Under the pieces are notes generated by a model. That model worked only from the letters and a program-made list of their open reading frames with translations, was not told where the DNA came from and did no database searches. The translations under genes and the position numbers were made by a program. From the NCBI GenBank assembly GCA_963767925.1, contig CAVYGB010000010.1, positions 1,760,001 to 1,824,000 on the forward strand: 64,000 nucleotides of DNA. Reading direction: 5' to 3'. The DNA comes from an uncultured delta proteobacterium (GTDB taxonomy: Bacteria; Myxococcota_A; Polyangia; Fen-1088). The stretch's first letter is position 1, and every line of letters begins with the position of its first letter. Below, one piece after another: positions 20,051 to 32,836 of this stretch.

Positions 20051-23000
20051 GCCGAGCCGGCGGGCGCGGTCGTCGGGGGTTTTCCTGGTGGTCCTGTTGC
20101 TCGCCGGGGTCGCGGAGGCGCAGGCGCGGCTCGCGCCGGTCCTGGGTGTCGAACTGGGCGCGCCGACGGCGGAGCTGGAGCGGGTGTTGCCGGCGCAGGG
20201 GCTCTCCTGCCGGCGGTCGTTCGAGGCGCAGGGGCAGGCCATCGTGTGCACGGGGCGGATGGGGTCGGCGCCCTTTCCCGCGGTCACCACCTACTGGCTG
20301 CGGGACGGGCAGGTCGAGCGCGTGTACCAGCAGGCGCAGGTGTCGTTTTCGTTGTGGGCCCAATACGTTCGGGCGCTGGAACTGTGGCGCATCCATCTCG
20401 AGGCGGCGCTGGGACAGCCCGCGGTCAGCGGCGAGCGGCCACTGCCCGCCTGGGCACAGGCGCTCGACGACGGCGAGCGCCGGCGGGCGCTGGCCGAGGG
20501 GCGGCTGGGGCTCGAGGTGGGCTGGCCGCCCGCGGTGGGCGCCCGGGTCACGCTGGCCCTGCGGGGCGAGCAGGGGCGACCACGGCTGGTGCTGGCGGCC
20601 GAACCCCTGCCGCCGGCAGCGGCAGCGTCGGCCACCGGCGCCGCTGCGGCAGCGACGCGGCGCCGCTGCGACGGCGGGCTCGGTGACGGACGGGCTCGGT
20701 GGCGACAGCGGCGGGCGGCGGGTGCGCGGCGGACGAGGTGATCGGGGCGCTCGGCACGCTGTTTCCGCCGGCGGCGCCCGTGGTGCGGGCTGAGAGCGCG
20801 CGCACGCTGGCCCGCTGCCGCGAGCCCCGCGCGCAGGGCGCCCTGCGCGCGGCGCTCGAGCACGACAGCGACACGCGTGTCCAGGCCGAGTCGGTGCGGG
20901 CGCTCGTCGTCGCGGGGGACCGGGAGCGGGCCCGGACGGCGCTGGCCGACTCCGGGGTGCCCGACGAGGTGCGGGCGGCCGCGCTCGAGGCGCTGGCCGC
21001 CGACGACGGGGCACCCGGCGGAGACGATCTGCCCGCCCTGGCGGCGCAGCCTGGCCCCGCCTTGCAGGCAAGCCTCACCACCCTCCGTGACCGGCGCACC
21101 GAGGCCGTGGCCCGGGCGGCGGCGACTTCGGCCCCGCTGGACCCCCGCACGCCCGGCGTCGGGCCCGCCCGCCCCACCCTGGCCTTCGGCCCCCGTCCCG
21201 CCCCCGCCACCGACCTCGAGGTGGCGCGGCGGCCGGCGGAGCCGGCGCGGCCGTGGGTGGAGCGGGACGGGACGGCGCTGGCGATCACCACCTCGATCGC
21301 GGCGGGGGGGCTTTGGGGGGGCGCCCTCTCCTTGCTCGCGCAGCAGGAGGGCGTGGGGGTGGTGACGCTGCTCGGGACGGCGGGGGCGGTCATCGGCGGG
21401 GGCACGGCCTGGGGGCTCACCCGCTTCGGCGTGCGCCCGGATGCGGCCCAGGCGCTCTGGTTCGCCAACAGCACGGCCTGGGGCGCCCTGGCCGGGCTCA
21501 CCATCTGGTCGGGCAGCGGCTCGCCCAGCGCGAAGCTGAAATACGGCCTGCTGGTGGGGGGCGAGACGCTCGGCATCCTCGCCGGCGCCTGGAGCGCGCG
21601 CCGCTTCCGCTTCACGCCCACCGAGACGCTGTTCGCCGACAGCCTGGTGCTCGGCGGCGGGCTGGGGCTGATGGGCGCGAGCATGTTGCTCGACCCCTGG
21701 GGTCCCTGGGACGTTCCCCCGGCCGCGGCCATCGCCGTGGTGCCGACGCTGATCGGCGCCGCCGCCGCCAGCAAGCTGATCCGCGTCTCGCCGGCCGACG
21801 TGCCGCTGCTGATCGGCACGCCGCTGGCGGCGGGCTGGACCGGGGCGCTGCTGGCCAGCGGCCTCACCCGCACCCCCCTGCTCGACGATCCGCGCGGCCG
21901 CGGCGGGGCGCTGCTGGGCCTGGGCGCGGGCTACCTCGGGGCGGCGGCCGCCGCCAGCTTCGTCGAGGCGCCCGCGCGGCAGCTCGCGCTGACCTCGGGC
22001 GGGCTGCTGGCGGGCAACGCCCTCGGGCTCGGGCTGCACATGGTGGCGGATTCCACCGGCAGCCCGCGCTGGCCGCTCGGCAGCGCGATCGGCGGCGTGG
22101 CCCTGGCGGCGGCCGGGTTCGCCGGCGCGCCCTACCTGCGCCCGGGCCCCTCCGCCGCCGGCATGACCGTCATGGGCGGGATCTACGGCAGCGGGGTGTG
22201 GGCGCTGGCCCTCGCGTCCGGCTCCACCGGCCAGCCGGCCGACGCGCGCCTGCCGGGCGGCATGCTCGCCGGCGGAGTGGCCGCCGGGCCTCGGCGGGCT
22301 GGTGGCCTCGCAGTTCTTCACCCCCGAGCCGTACCACCACCGGGTCGCCTTCGCCGGCACGGCCCTCGGCGTCGCCGCCGGCCTCGGCACCGCCAAGCTG
22401 ACCACCGACGACAAGGGGCTGCCCGACGTGGTGGGCGTGCTGTCGGGCGCGGCGGTCGGGTTCACCGGCGGGGCGATGGTCTCGCAGGGGGCCCGGCTGC
22501 GGCCGCCGGCGATCCTCGCCGGGACGGTGGGCGGCGCCTACGGGTTGCTGGCCGGCGCGCTGCTGCCCACCCTCGGCGACGACGCCTGGAACGGCGGCCG
22601 CCGCACCGACGGGGCGAGCTGGCTGGGCCTGTCGCTCGGCGCGGCCGGGGCGACGCTGGCGGCGCGGGCGATCGATCCGGACGTGGGGTCGGTGGCGCTG
22701 GTGGGCGGCGCCGGCGTCCTGGGCCTGGGCATGGGGCTGGGGGCCGGCCACCTGTGGGCTTCGGCGCATTCGCAGCCGGGGCGCATCGGGCTGCTCGCCG
22801 GCAGCACCACCCTGCTGGCCGCCGGCCTGCTGGCCGAGCGCACCTGGCAGCTCTCCGATTCGCTCGGCAGCCACACCGTCGAGCTGGCGCTGTTCGGGGC
22901 CGGGATCGGCGCGGCCCACGGCCTGCTCGCGGGCCGGGTCGTCGAGCCCAGCACGAGCGCGATGCTGGCCGGACGGCAGCTCGGCGGGGCGGTCCTGCTC

Positions 23001-25865
23001 GGGACCTCGGCCGGCCTGGCCGCGGGCGTGCTCTCCTCGAAGTGGATCGACCCCACCGCCAACGACTACCTCGGCGTCGCCGGGGCCAGCGTGCTCGGGC
23101 ACTCGGCCGGCCTGGGCATCGCCCGGCTCACGCTCGATCCCGCGCCCTGGGACGCCGCGCCCGCCCGCCCGGAGCGGGTGCTCCGCCTGCTGGGCGCCGC
23201 CGCCGGCCTGGGCGCCGGCGCCCTCGTCGCCCGGGTGGCGCCGCTGCGCACGCCGGATCTCGCGGCCGGCGGGGTGGGGGCCGGGTACGGCGCCATGCTC
23301 GGCGCCCTCGCGCCCTCGCTGCACCGGCGCGGGAGGGGGGACACGCGCACGGCGACCGGCGGCGCCCACCTGGGGCTCGCCCTCGGCGGGACGGCGGCGG
23401 CGACGGCGGCCCACCTGACCGGGGCCTCGCTGGGCCAGGTCGCGGTGCCCGCGGTGGCGGCCGGGCTGGGTGGGCTGGCCGGTAGCGGCCTGGGACAGAT
23501 GCTGCCCGACAACGCCGACCAGGCGGCCCGGGTGGGGGTCTTCGGCGGGATCCTGGCGGCGGCGGGGGCCTCGATCGCCCTGTCGCGGCCGCTCCGCCTG
23601 GACGAGGGCTTCGCGGTGCCCGGCTCGGGCCTGCTCACCCTCGTGGGCGCGGGCGTGGGCCTGGCCGAGGGCCGGCTGCTCGGCGTGGTCGTCGCGCCCC
23701 GGCTGACCCCGGACGAGGCGAGCGAGGGCCAGCGCGACGGCGCCGCCCGCTTCGCCACGGTGGCCGGCGCGACCGCCGGCTTCGTCCTGGCCCGCTTCAT
23801 CCAGCCGAGCGCGGGGGACCAGATGCTCGCCCTCGGCGGCGGCCTGTTCGGCGGCGGGCTGGGCCTCGGCCTCTCCCAGCTCGCCAGCGCGCCGGGCGGG
23901 CGCGCCGACCCCGCGGCGGCGATGGCCGGCTCGCTGGCCGGCCTGGGCGCCCTGGCGCTCACCCAGCGGCTGAGCCCCCTGCAGGATCCGGACTTCCTGG
24001 CGCTGCCGGTGGGGGTCGCCTTCGGCGGGCTGTTCGGGCGGCTGCTGCCGACCCTCGACGCGCGCGAGCTGAGGCCGCTCGATCGCCCGGGCGGCGGCGG
24101 GCTGCTGGCCGGGCTGACCGGCGGGGCGTTCGCGGCGGTGGCGCTCCGCCACGCCAGCGCGGCGCCGGCCAGCACGGTGGGGCTGGCCGCGCTCGGCGGC
24201 GCCGACCTCGCCCTGGCTGGCCTGGGGGTCGGCCTGCTGATCGACGACGCCGGCAGCAGCCGGGGCCAGCGCATCGGCGCGGTCGCCGGCGGCGCGGCCG
24301 GGCTGGCGCTCGGCGCCGGGCTGTGGCCGCGGCTCGAGCTGCGCGGCACCGACGCCGCCCTGATAGCCGGGCTCTCCGCGCTGGGCGCCTGGAACGGCCT
24401 GCTGGCTCCCGTCCTCGGGCACGCCCGCGCCGACACGGTCAGCCGCCGGCAGATGACCGGCGGCGCGCTGGCCGGCGTGGGGGCGGGGACGGTGCTGGCC
24501 ACCGCGCTGGTGCCGGCGCTGGAGGTGGACGCCGACCTCCTCGCCAACGCCTTCGCCCTCGACCTGCTGCTCACCGGCGCCGGCGCGGGGGCGGGCGCGC
24601 TGGCCAGCCCGCGCCTCGACGCCCCGGTGTGGGGCGCCCTGGGGGGCGGCGCGGCCGGCCTGCTGCTGGGCGGGGCCTTGCACCGGTCGATCGAGATGGA
24701 CGCGGGCAAGCACCCGCTGGTGGCGCTGGCCTCGGTCGAGGGGCTGTGGCTCGGCGCCTGGTTGCCCTACCTGCTGCGCGAGCGCGAGCGGGTGACCTCC
24801 CGCCAGGTGACCGGCAGCCTCGCCGCGGGTGGGCTCGGCGGCGCGGCGCTGGCCACCCTGGCGAGCCCCCTGCTCCAGCCCGACGGCCACACCGCCACAA
24901 CCGCCGCCTTCGGCAGCGCCACCGGGGCCGCCCTGGCCGGCGGCGCCGCCCTCATCGCCGATCCGCTGCACGGGCGCGCGGGGGTGGGCTTGCTGCTGGG
25001 CGGGACCGCGGCCGGGCTGCTGGCCGGTGGGCTGGGCGCGCGGAGGCTCGATCTGCCGACCGGCGCGGGCTACGCCGGCGTCGGATCGTTGCTCGGCGCC
25101 TCCGAGGGGCTGGTGTTCGCCTGGGCCGGGCGGGCCGACGGCGAGGCCGACTACGCCGGCGCCGCCCTGGTGGGCGCGGGGCTAGGATCCACCATCGGCT
25201 TCGTGGCGGCGGCCAACCCGGTGTGGACCCAGGGGCGGGGGCTGCCGGCGGCCGGGTTCGCGGGCTGGGGATCGTGGATGGGCGCCTTCGCGGGCGCGCT
25301 CATCAACCGCGATCCCCACGAGGTCACCCTCGGTGGCCTGGCCGGCGCCAACGTCGGCCTGATCAGCGGCCTGGCCCTGCTCGGCAGCGGCGCGGTCCAG
25401 CCCAGCGACTTCGGCTGGCTGAGCGCCTTCGGCGCGGCGGGCACCGTCGCCGGCGGCGGGGTGGGCGCGCTGTTCTCGACCCGCACCAATCCCCGCCCCG
25501 CGCTGGCCGGGCTGCTGATCGGCCCGGCCGTCGGGCTGGCCACCGGCGCGCTCGTGTTGCCTAAGCTCCGCACCATCGGGGCCAGCGCCTCGGCCCCGCC
25601 GGCGCCGCCCGCCGCGCCCACCGCCGCCCGGACGCCGGCCGCGCGCGAAGCGGATCGTCCGGAGGAGAGCATCAGCTCGGCGGTGCTGTGGGAACGCCGG
25701 CGTGCCGGCGGGCCGTCAGCGACCATCGAGCAACCGCTCGCGTCACGCATCCGGCGGAGCTTCCGCATCAGCCGCCTGATGCCGGTGCTGGGGGCGATGC
25801 CGAGCGACGACCCCGCCGCCGGGCCGCCCCCCTTCGTGATTGGCGTCGCTGGCCTCTGGCGGTGA
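20028..25865 (+). CDS. Giant (~1,900 aa) exported/membrane protein: N-domain, HEAT-like repeats, many glycine-zipper helical hairpins; frameshifts near 20680 and 22290
   Basis: ORFs 18813, 20699 and 22302 join end to end. Signal-like VFLVVLLLAGVAEAQA; VRAESARTLA/VQAESVRAL repeats; recurring GxxxGxxxG. Start uncertain. Confidence 0.7.
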
Positions 25866-25979
25866 CCCGGCGTCATGTCGCTCAGCGACGTCGCCGGCCG
25901 AGCCTGCCGTTGACCGGTAAACCAGCGCACGCCTATTCTGCCGAGCGCGGGTCTTCCCCCCCGCAATCGGAGGACGGGC

Positions 25980-26504
25980 ATGAAACTCCCCCTGTTGGTG
26001 TTTTCGCTGGCGATCGGCCTGGGGCTCGGCGCGGGCAGGTCGGCGCAAGCCCAGGAGAAATCACTCTACGAGCGGCTGGGGGGCGAGCCGGCGATCACCG
26101 CGGTCGTCGATGACTTCACCTCGCGCGCGGCGGCCAACGCCAAGGTGAACTTCCTGCGCGGAGGCAAGTTCGCCAGCATGGACATCCCCCGCTTCAAGAA
26201 ACACCTCGTCAACCTGGTGTCGTCGGTGACCGGCGGCCCGCAGAAGTACACCGGTCGCGACATGAAGACCACCCACAAGGGGATGGGCATCAGCGACGCC
26301 GAGTTCGACTCGCTGGCCGAGGACCTCGTCGCCTCGCTCGACAAGTTCAAGGTGCCGGACAGGGAGAAGAGCGAGCTGCTGAAGATCGTCGGCTCGACCC
26401 GCTCCGACATCGTCGAGGTCAAGGCCCGCGCCGCCCCCACCACGACAAAGAAGAAGGCCCGCCCCAAGGCCCGCCCCCGCGCCAAGGCCAAGCGCAAGGC
26501 CTGA
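25980..26504 (+). CDS. glbN: Group I truncated hemoglobin with signal peptide and Lys/Arg-rich tail
   Basis: Motifs SLYERLGG, GGPQKYTGRDM..TH.GM.ISDAEF; GGAGG RBS. Confidence 0.85.
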   Translation: MKLPLLVFSLAIGLGLGAGRSAQAQEKSLYERLGGEPAITAVVDDFTSRAAANAKVNFLRGGKFASMDIPRFKKHLVNLVSSVTGGPQKYTGRDMKTTHKGMGISDAEFDSLAEDLVASLDKFKVPDREKSELLKIVGSTRSDIVEVKARAAPTTTKKKARPKARPRAKAKRKA

Positions 26505-26518
26505 GGCACCCGGGGGCT

Positions 26519-28312
26519 CTAGAACACCTGGCGGAAGCCGGCGGAGATGCGGCCGGGGAGGCCGGCGCGGGTGAAGCGGCCGTCCTGGAAGGCGACCGCC
26601 CAGTCGACCCGCAACACGTAGTAGTTGAGCTGGGGGATCAGCAGGCGCAGGCCCACCCCGGCGTCGTGGTAGGCGCCGAGGTCGGACCAGCGGTCGGCGG
26701 CGTGGCCCACGTCGTAGAAGGCGACCGCCCCGAAGCGCAGCGCCCGCAGGGGCACTGGCCGCGTGCGCAGCTCGACGTGCCCGACGTAGCGGGCCTGCCC
26801 GAAGAAGTCCCCGATCTCGTAGCCGCGCAGGCCGTTCTCCCCGCCGAGGGTGAGGTACACGTCGGGACGGGTGTTGCGCAGCACCACGCTGCCGCTCGCC
26901 TCGGCCACCACCCGGAAGGCCCGCAGCAGCACCGGGCTGGCCGCGGTGACGCCGGCCGCCCGGCTCTCGTCGATCAGGCGGCCGCCCCGCACGCGCGCGC
27001 CCCAGGACGCCGACACCCGCTGGAACCCGTCGCCCAGATCGAAGGACCAGCCCGCGCTGGCCCCCAGGGCCAGGTACTCCACCTCCGACCCCAGCCAGGT
27101 GGCGGCGTACGAGGCCGAGGCCGAGGCCGAGGGCCCCAGCAGCGCGTCTTCGCGCAGGTCGTAGGTGTCGAAGTCCCGGTAGACCCGGTAGCGCGGGGTG
27201 AACAGCGAGTAGCCGGCGTAGAGCGAGGAGAGGCGCTCGGAGCGGGGGAAGACCTGGGCGGCGAAGGCGGCGCGCACCGCCGGGTCCTCCACCGGGAAGG
27301 TGGGGTGAAAGTCCGGGCGTACGACCGAGAGGGCGTAGCCGCCCGACACGCGCTGGATGACCTTCTGGCCGAACGAGCGCACCAGGTTGGCGTCGGCGCT
27401 GTCCCGGCGCACCCGGTAGATGTAGGGCAGAAGCTCGGTCTCGGGCGTGTCGCGCAGGTCGACCTGGAAGAGGCCGAGCTGGTCGTAGCGCCGGGCCACC
27501 CCCTCCGAGTGCCCCGCCGACACGCTGGCCCCCCAGCGGCTGGCCAGCGAGAACAGGGGATAGGTGAGGCGGGCCCCGACGCTGCTCCCCTCCTGCTCGT
27601 CGGTGGCCCGGTCGAAGATCACCCGGTACGAGATCGAGAGCTGCAGGCGGGTGCCGGCGATGTTGGGGTCGAGGTAGCTCGGCCCCATGGAGTACGACCC
27701 CCGGTACAGGTCGAAGGCCAGGGAGGCCTTCTTGCGCCAGCCGAACAGGTTGTTCTCGGACAGCGACGTCGTCAGGTAGGACAGCACCTGCCGCTGGTAC
27801 TCGAAGTCCGTGTTGAAGCGCAGGCTCCACACGTCGCGGGTGGCGATCAGCAGGTCGACCTTCCCCGGCTCGTTGCTCGCGATCGGCACGACTGCCACCA
27901 GGCTGGAGAAGTCGGCGTCGCGCAGGTTGCGCACCGTCTCCTCGATCAGCGTCTCGTCGTAGACCTGCCCGGAGGCGACGAGGACCTCGCGCCGGATGAT
28001 GTCCTCGCGGGTGGTGCGGTGGAGCAGGTTGGCCAGGCGGAACCAGCCGTCCCGCCTCGAGAACACCTCGTGGTTGACCACGTGGATGGCGCCCAGCACC
28101 TTGCCCGCCGGCGCGGGATCGATGCGCAGCCCGCGGCTGGCCAGGGCGTCGTCGACCGCCTCCCGCTCCAGCGACCCGAGGGCCGCGTAGCGCCCTCCCT
28201 CCGCCCCCGCCGACACGACGGCCGGCGCCGGCGCCGGGGTCTGCGCGCCCGCTGGCGGCAGCCCCAGCAGGACCGCCGCCAGGACGAGGGGCGGGAGGGC
28301 GCGCCCGCTCAC
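26519..28312 (-). CDS. Omp85/BamA-TamA family outer membrane protein
   Basis: POTRA-like [12 protein letters not shown]...[33 protein letters not shown]; terminal F. GTGA overlap with the leuB stop. Confidence 0.8.
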   Translation of the reverse strand: MSGRALPPLVLAAVLLGLPPAGAQTPAPAPAVVSAGAEGGRYAALGSLEREAVDDALASRGLRIDPAPAGKVLGAIHVVNHEVFSRRDGWFRLANLLHRTTREDIIRREVLVASGQVYDETLIEETVRNLRDADFSSLVAVVPIASNEPGKVDLLIATRDVWSLRFNTDFEYQRQVLSYLTTSLSENNLFGWRKKASLAFDLYRGSYSMGPSYLDPNIAGTRLQLSISYRVIFDRATDEQEGSSVGARLTYPLFSLASRWGASVSAGHSEGVARRYDQLGLFQVDLRDTPETELLPYIYRVRRDSADANLVRSFGQKVIQRVSGGYALSVVRPDFHPTFPVEDPAVRAAFAAQVFPRSERLSSLYAGYSLFTPRYRVYRDFDTYDLREDALLGPSASASASYAATWLGSEVEYLALGASAGWSFDLGDGFQRVSASWGARVRGGRLIDESRAAGVTAASPVLLRAFRVVAEASGSVVLRNTRPDVYLTLGGENGLRGYEIGDFFGQARYVGHVELRTRPVPLRALRFGAVAFYDVGHAADRWSDLGAYHDAGVGLRLLIPQLNYYVLRVDWAVAFQDGRFTRAGLPGRISAGFRQVF

Positions 28313-29383
28313 GCGCCGAGGGCCTGCAGCACCGCCGCGCCGGCGTCCCGGGTGCGGACGGCCGTGCGCTCGCCGCCGGTGGCCGCCGCCAGATCGGCGG
28401 TCAAGATGCCCGCATCGATCGACTTGTTCACCGCGCTCTCGACCGCCTTGGCCTCCGTCTCCAGGCCCAGCGAGTGCCGCAGCAGCAGGGCCACGCTGAG
28501 GATGGTGGCGTAGGGGTTGGCCACCCCCTTGCCGGCGATGTCGGGGGCGCTGCCGTGGATCGGCTCGTACAGCCCCCGGGTGCCGTCGCCCAGCGAAGCG
28601 GAGGGGAGCAGGCCCATCGACCCGGCCAGCATCGAGGCCTCGTCGGTCAAGATGTCGCCGAACATGTTCTCGGTGACGATCACGTCGAAGTCGGCCGGCC
28701 GGCGGATGAGGAACATGGCGCAGGCGTCGACGAGGATGTGCTCGAGGGTGAGGTGGGGGAACTCCCGCCGCACCACCTCCTCGGTGATTCGCCGCCACAG
28801 GCGCGAGGTCTCGAGCACGTTGGCCTTGTCGACCGAGGTCAGCTTGCCCCGCCGCTTCTCGGCGAAGCCGGCCGCCCGCCGCACCACCCGGCGGACCTCG
28901 TCGGCGGTGTAGACGCACAGGTCGCTGGCCCGGTCGGCGGTCTTGGTCTTCTCTCCGAAGTAGATGCCGCCGGTCAGCTCGCGCACCACCAGCAGGTCGA
29001 CCCCGAACAGCAGCTCCGCCTTCAGCGGGGAGGCGGACAGCAGCTTGGGGTGGATGGTCACCGGGCGCAGGTTGGCGTAGAGCCCGAGCTCCTTGCGGAT
29101 GCCGAGCAGCCCCTGCTCGGGCCGGACCTTGGCGTTCGGGTCATCCCACTTTGGCCCACCCACCGCGCCCAGCAGCACCGCGTCCGAGGCCCGGCAGAGG
29201 TCGACCGTCTCGGGGGGCAAGGCGCTGCCGGTCGCGTCGATGGCGCAGCCGCCCAGCAGGGCCTCGCGGAGCTGGAACTCGTGTCCGAAACGTCGCCCGA
29301 TCGCCTCGAGCACCTTCACCGCTTCGGCCACCACCTCGGGTCCGATGCCGTCGCCCGGCAGAACTGCAATTGTGCGCTTTCAT
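28309..29383 (-). CDS. leuB: 3-isopropylmalate dehydrogenase; 1-bp insertion just after the start codon
   Basis: Motifs [54 protein letters not shown]. Confidence 0.95.
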
Positions 29384-29472
29384 CGTCGTGGCGGACGACC
29401 CTCGCGAAGCGGCGGCCAAGAGTCAAGGGCAATGCTGGCCCCGCTGGCCTCGCGCGAGAAAACCGCCCCCGC

Positions 29473-31121
29473 TCAACCGGGGAAGCTGTGGGCGATGGGG
29501 TAACGGCGGCCGGGGCCGAAGGCCTTGCCGGTGATCTTGATGCCCGGCGCCGCCTGCCGGCGCTTGTACTCGGAGCGGAGCACCATCGTCACCACCTCCT
29601 CGACCACCGCGGGAGGAAAGCCCCGGGCCACCAGGGCCTCGCGGTCGAGCCCGTTCTCGAGGTGCTCGTGCAAGATGGCGTCGAGCAGATCGTAGGGGGG
29701 CAAGGTGTCCTGGTCGGTCTGATCCGGGCGCAGCTCGGCCGAGGGGGGCTTGGTCAAGGTCGACTCGGGGATCACCGCCTGCTCCGCGTTGACCGCCCGG
29801 GACAGGGCGTAGACCAGCGTCTTGGGGCACGTCGCTGATGACCGCCAGGCCGCCGCACATGTCGCCGTACAGGGTGCAGTACCCGGTGGCCAGCTCGCTC
29901 TTGTTGCCGGTGGTGAGCAGCAGCGAGCCCAGCTTGTTCGACAGGGCCATCAGCGTCGCCCCCCGCACCCGGGCCTGCAGGTTCTCCTCGGTCACGTCGG
30001 GCTTGCGGTCGCCGAAGGCGGGGGCCAGCGTGGCGAGGTAGCTCTGGAAGACCGGGTCGATGGGGATCTCGCGAAAGCCGATGCCCAGGTTGCGGGCCAG
30101 CTCGGCCGCGTCGGTGACCGACCCGGGCGAGGAGTAGCGCGAGGGCATCGCCACCCCGAGGACGTTCTCCGGGCCCAGCGCCCGGGCGGCGATGCAGGCC
30201 ACCAGGGCCGAGTCGATCCCGCCCGACAGACCCAGCACCGCCCGGGAGAAGCCGCAGCGGCGGGCGTAGTCGCGGGTGCCGAGCACCAGGGCGCCGAGGG
30301 CCGCGCGCACGTCGCTCGGCTCGAACGGGCGCTGCGGCCCCGAGCGGGTGGCCAGGTCGACGAGCAGGTAGTCGGGCTCGTTCTCCGCCGCCCGGGCCAC
30401 CAGCTCTCCGCGCGCGTCGAGCACCAGGCTCGAGCCGCCGAACACGAGGTCGTCGTGGCCCCCCACCTGATTGACGAACACGAGGGGCTTGCCCCAGTGG
30501 CGAGCGGTGCCGGCCAGCATGCGCGGGATGCAGGTGGCGCTTCTCCACCGTCCAGGGACAGGCCGAGACGTTGACGATCAGCTCGGCCCCGTCGGCCACC
30601 AGCTTCTCGATGGGGTCCTCGCGGTACAGGCGGTGGGGCCAGAAATCGGCGTCGTTCCAGATGTCCTCGCAGACCGAGACCCCCACCCGCAGCCCGGGGA
30701 GCTGGGCGCAGGCCACCGCGCTGGCCGGCTCGAAGTAGCGCCACTCGTCGAACACGTCGTAGGTCGGCAGCAGCGACTTGCGGTGGACCGACACTATCCG
30801 GCCCCGGTGCAGGACGGCGGCGCTGTTGGCGATGCGGCGCCCGGTGGGGCTGTCGGGCAGGCGCTCGGGAAAGCCGACGATGACCGCCACCCCGGTCGCG
30901 CGCGTGCGCTCGGTGAGGCGGTCGAGCGATCGGCGCGCGGCCTCGATGAAGGCCGGGCGCTCGAGCAGGTCGCGCGGGGGGTAACCGGCGATGGCCAGCT
31001 CGCTGGAGACCAGCAGGCCGGCGCCGTCCGCCTCCGCGCGGCCGAGGGCCCCGCTCAGCAGGTCGAGGTTCCCCTCGAAGTCACCGATGGTCGGGTTGAT
31101 CTGGGCCAGGGCCACTTTCAT
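29473..31121 (-). CDS. nadE: Glutamine-dependent NAD+ synthetase; frameshifts at about 30525 and 29826
   Basis: Nitrilase domain (ALAQIN, KSLLPTYDVFDE, CEDIW) plus SGGIDS, ENLQAR, TGNKSE, PSAELRPDQ.D. Confidence 0.92.
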
Positions 31122-31231
31122 CGCTTCCCTCTTCGGGGGAACATTGTAACCCACGGAATTCGTTTGTCGGCGCGGCGCACAGGCGCCTGGCCGGTTCACG
31201 TGGTAAGCTTTTTTCTCCGAGCCGAGACCAC

Positions 31232-32768
31232 ATGACGCCTGCGTTGCCCCGGCCTGAACCCAGTGCTGCGGCCGATGTTTCCGGGGTACGGAGCCTGGCC
31301 CTCATCGAGGCGCTCAAGCGCCCGGCCGAGATTTCTCGGAGCCAGCGGATCTACGTCAACCGGAACCTGCGGCTCGACCAGATCCAGATGGTGGGGTTCG
31401 ACATGGACTACACCCTGGCCCTCTACCACCAGGCCCGCATCGAGGAGCTGTCGGTGGCGGCCACCGTGCAGAAGCTGGTGGCCAACAAGGGCTACCCCGC
31501 CCCGATCCAGTCGCTGAAGTACGACGCCAGCCTCGGGATCCGCGGGCTGGTCGTCGACATGAAGCTGGGCAACGTCTTCAAGCCCGACCGCTACGGCACC
31601 CCCGGCCGGGCCCGCCACGGCCACCAGCCCCTCACCCGCCGCGAGGTGACCGCCCTCTACCAGCGCGAGCGGATGCGCCTGGCCGATCCCGCGCTACGCC
31701 TGGATCGACACGCTGTTCGCCCTGCCCGAGGCGGTGATGTACGTCAGCCTGGTCGACTTCTTCGACCGCTGGGCGGGCGAGCGGCCCCCGTACCTGCAGC
31801 TCTGGCGCGACATCCGCGAGTGCATCGACCTCGCCCACCGCGACGGATCGATAAAGAACCTCGTCTCGGCCGACCTGCCCCAGTACATCGAGCGCGACCC
31901 CGCCCTGGCCGAGGCCCTGCACCGCTTCCGCTCGTCGGGCAAGCGGCTGTTCCTGCTGACCAACTCCGACTGGGCCTACACCGACCCGGTGATGACCTAC
32001 CTGCTGGACGGGGCCCTGCCCGCCTACCCGAGCTGGCGTAACTTCTTCGACGTCATCATCGTCAGCGGCACCAAGCCGGCCTTCTTCACCGAGGAGCGCC
32101 CCTTCGTCGAGCTCGACGCCAACGGGGAGGTCTCGCAGCGCCCCACGAGCGGACCCTTCGTGCGGGGCCGGGTCTACGCCGGCGGCAACCTGCGCGAGTT
32201 CGAGGAGCGGGCCCGGGCCCGCGGCGCCGACGTCCTTTACATCGGCGACCACATCTACGGGGACATGTTGCGCTCGCGCAAGTCCTCGGCCTGGCGCACG
32301 GCCATGGTGCTGCAGGAGCTGGAGCACGAGGTGGAGGTCCACGATCGGGTGACGCCGGATCTGCTCCGCCTCGACGATCTCGAGCGCCAGCTCCGCCACC
32401 TCGACGCCGAGATCAGCGACAAGCAGATGGTCCTGCGCGCCCTGCAGCGGCGGGAGGGCAGCGACGGCGGCCCCCTGCCCGAGGGCGACGTCGAGCCGGC
32501 CAAGCGCGCGGTCAAGGAGACCTTGACCCGCCTGCGCGGCGAGCTGCGCGGGAGCATGGAGGAGCACCGCCGCCTGGAGGACACCCTCGACGCCGCCTTC
32601 AACCCCCACTGGGGCCCGATGTTCCGGGAGGGCCACGAGATCAGCAAGTTCGGCGAGCAGGTCGAGGCCTACGCCTGCGTCTACACGAGCCGCGTGTCCA
32701 ACTTCCGCTTTTACTCGCCCAACCGCCACTTCCGCGGCCCCCGCGACCGCATGCCCCACGAACGCTGA
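31232..32768 (+). CDS. HAD-IG family 5'-nucleotidase; frameshift at about 31690
   Basis: Motifs IYVNRNL, GFDMDYTLA.Y, LLTNS, KP.FF, YIGDHIYGD, YAC.YTS. Confidence 0.9.
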
Positions 32769-32836
32769 TGCCCGCCCGACCGCCGTCGTGCGGGACGGGT
32801 AGCGGGAGGCGCGGTCTGCGGGTATGAAGCGCGATC

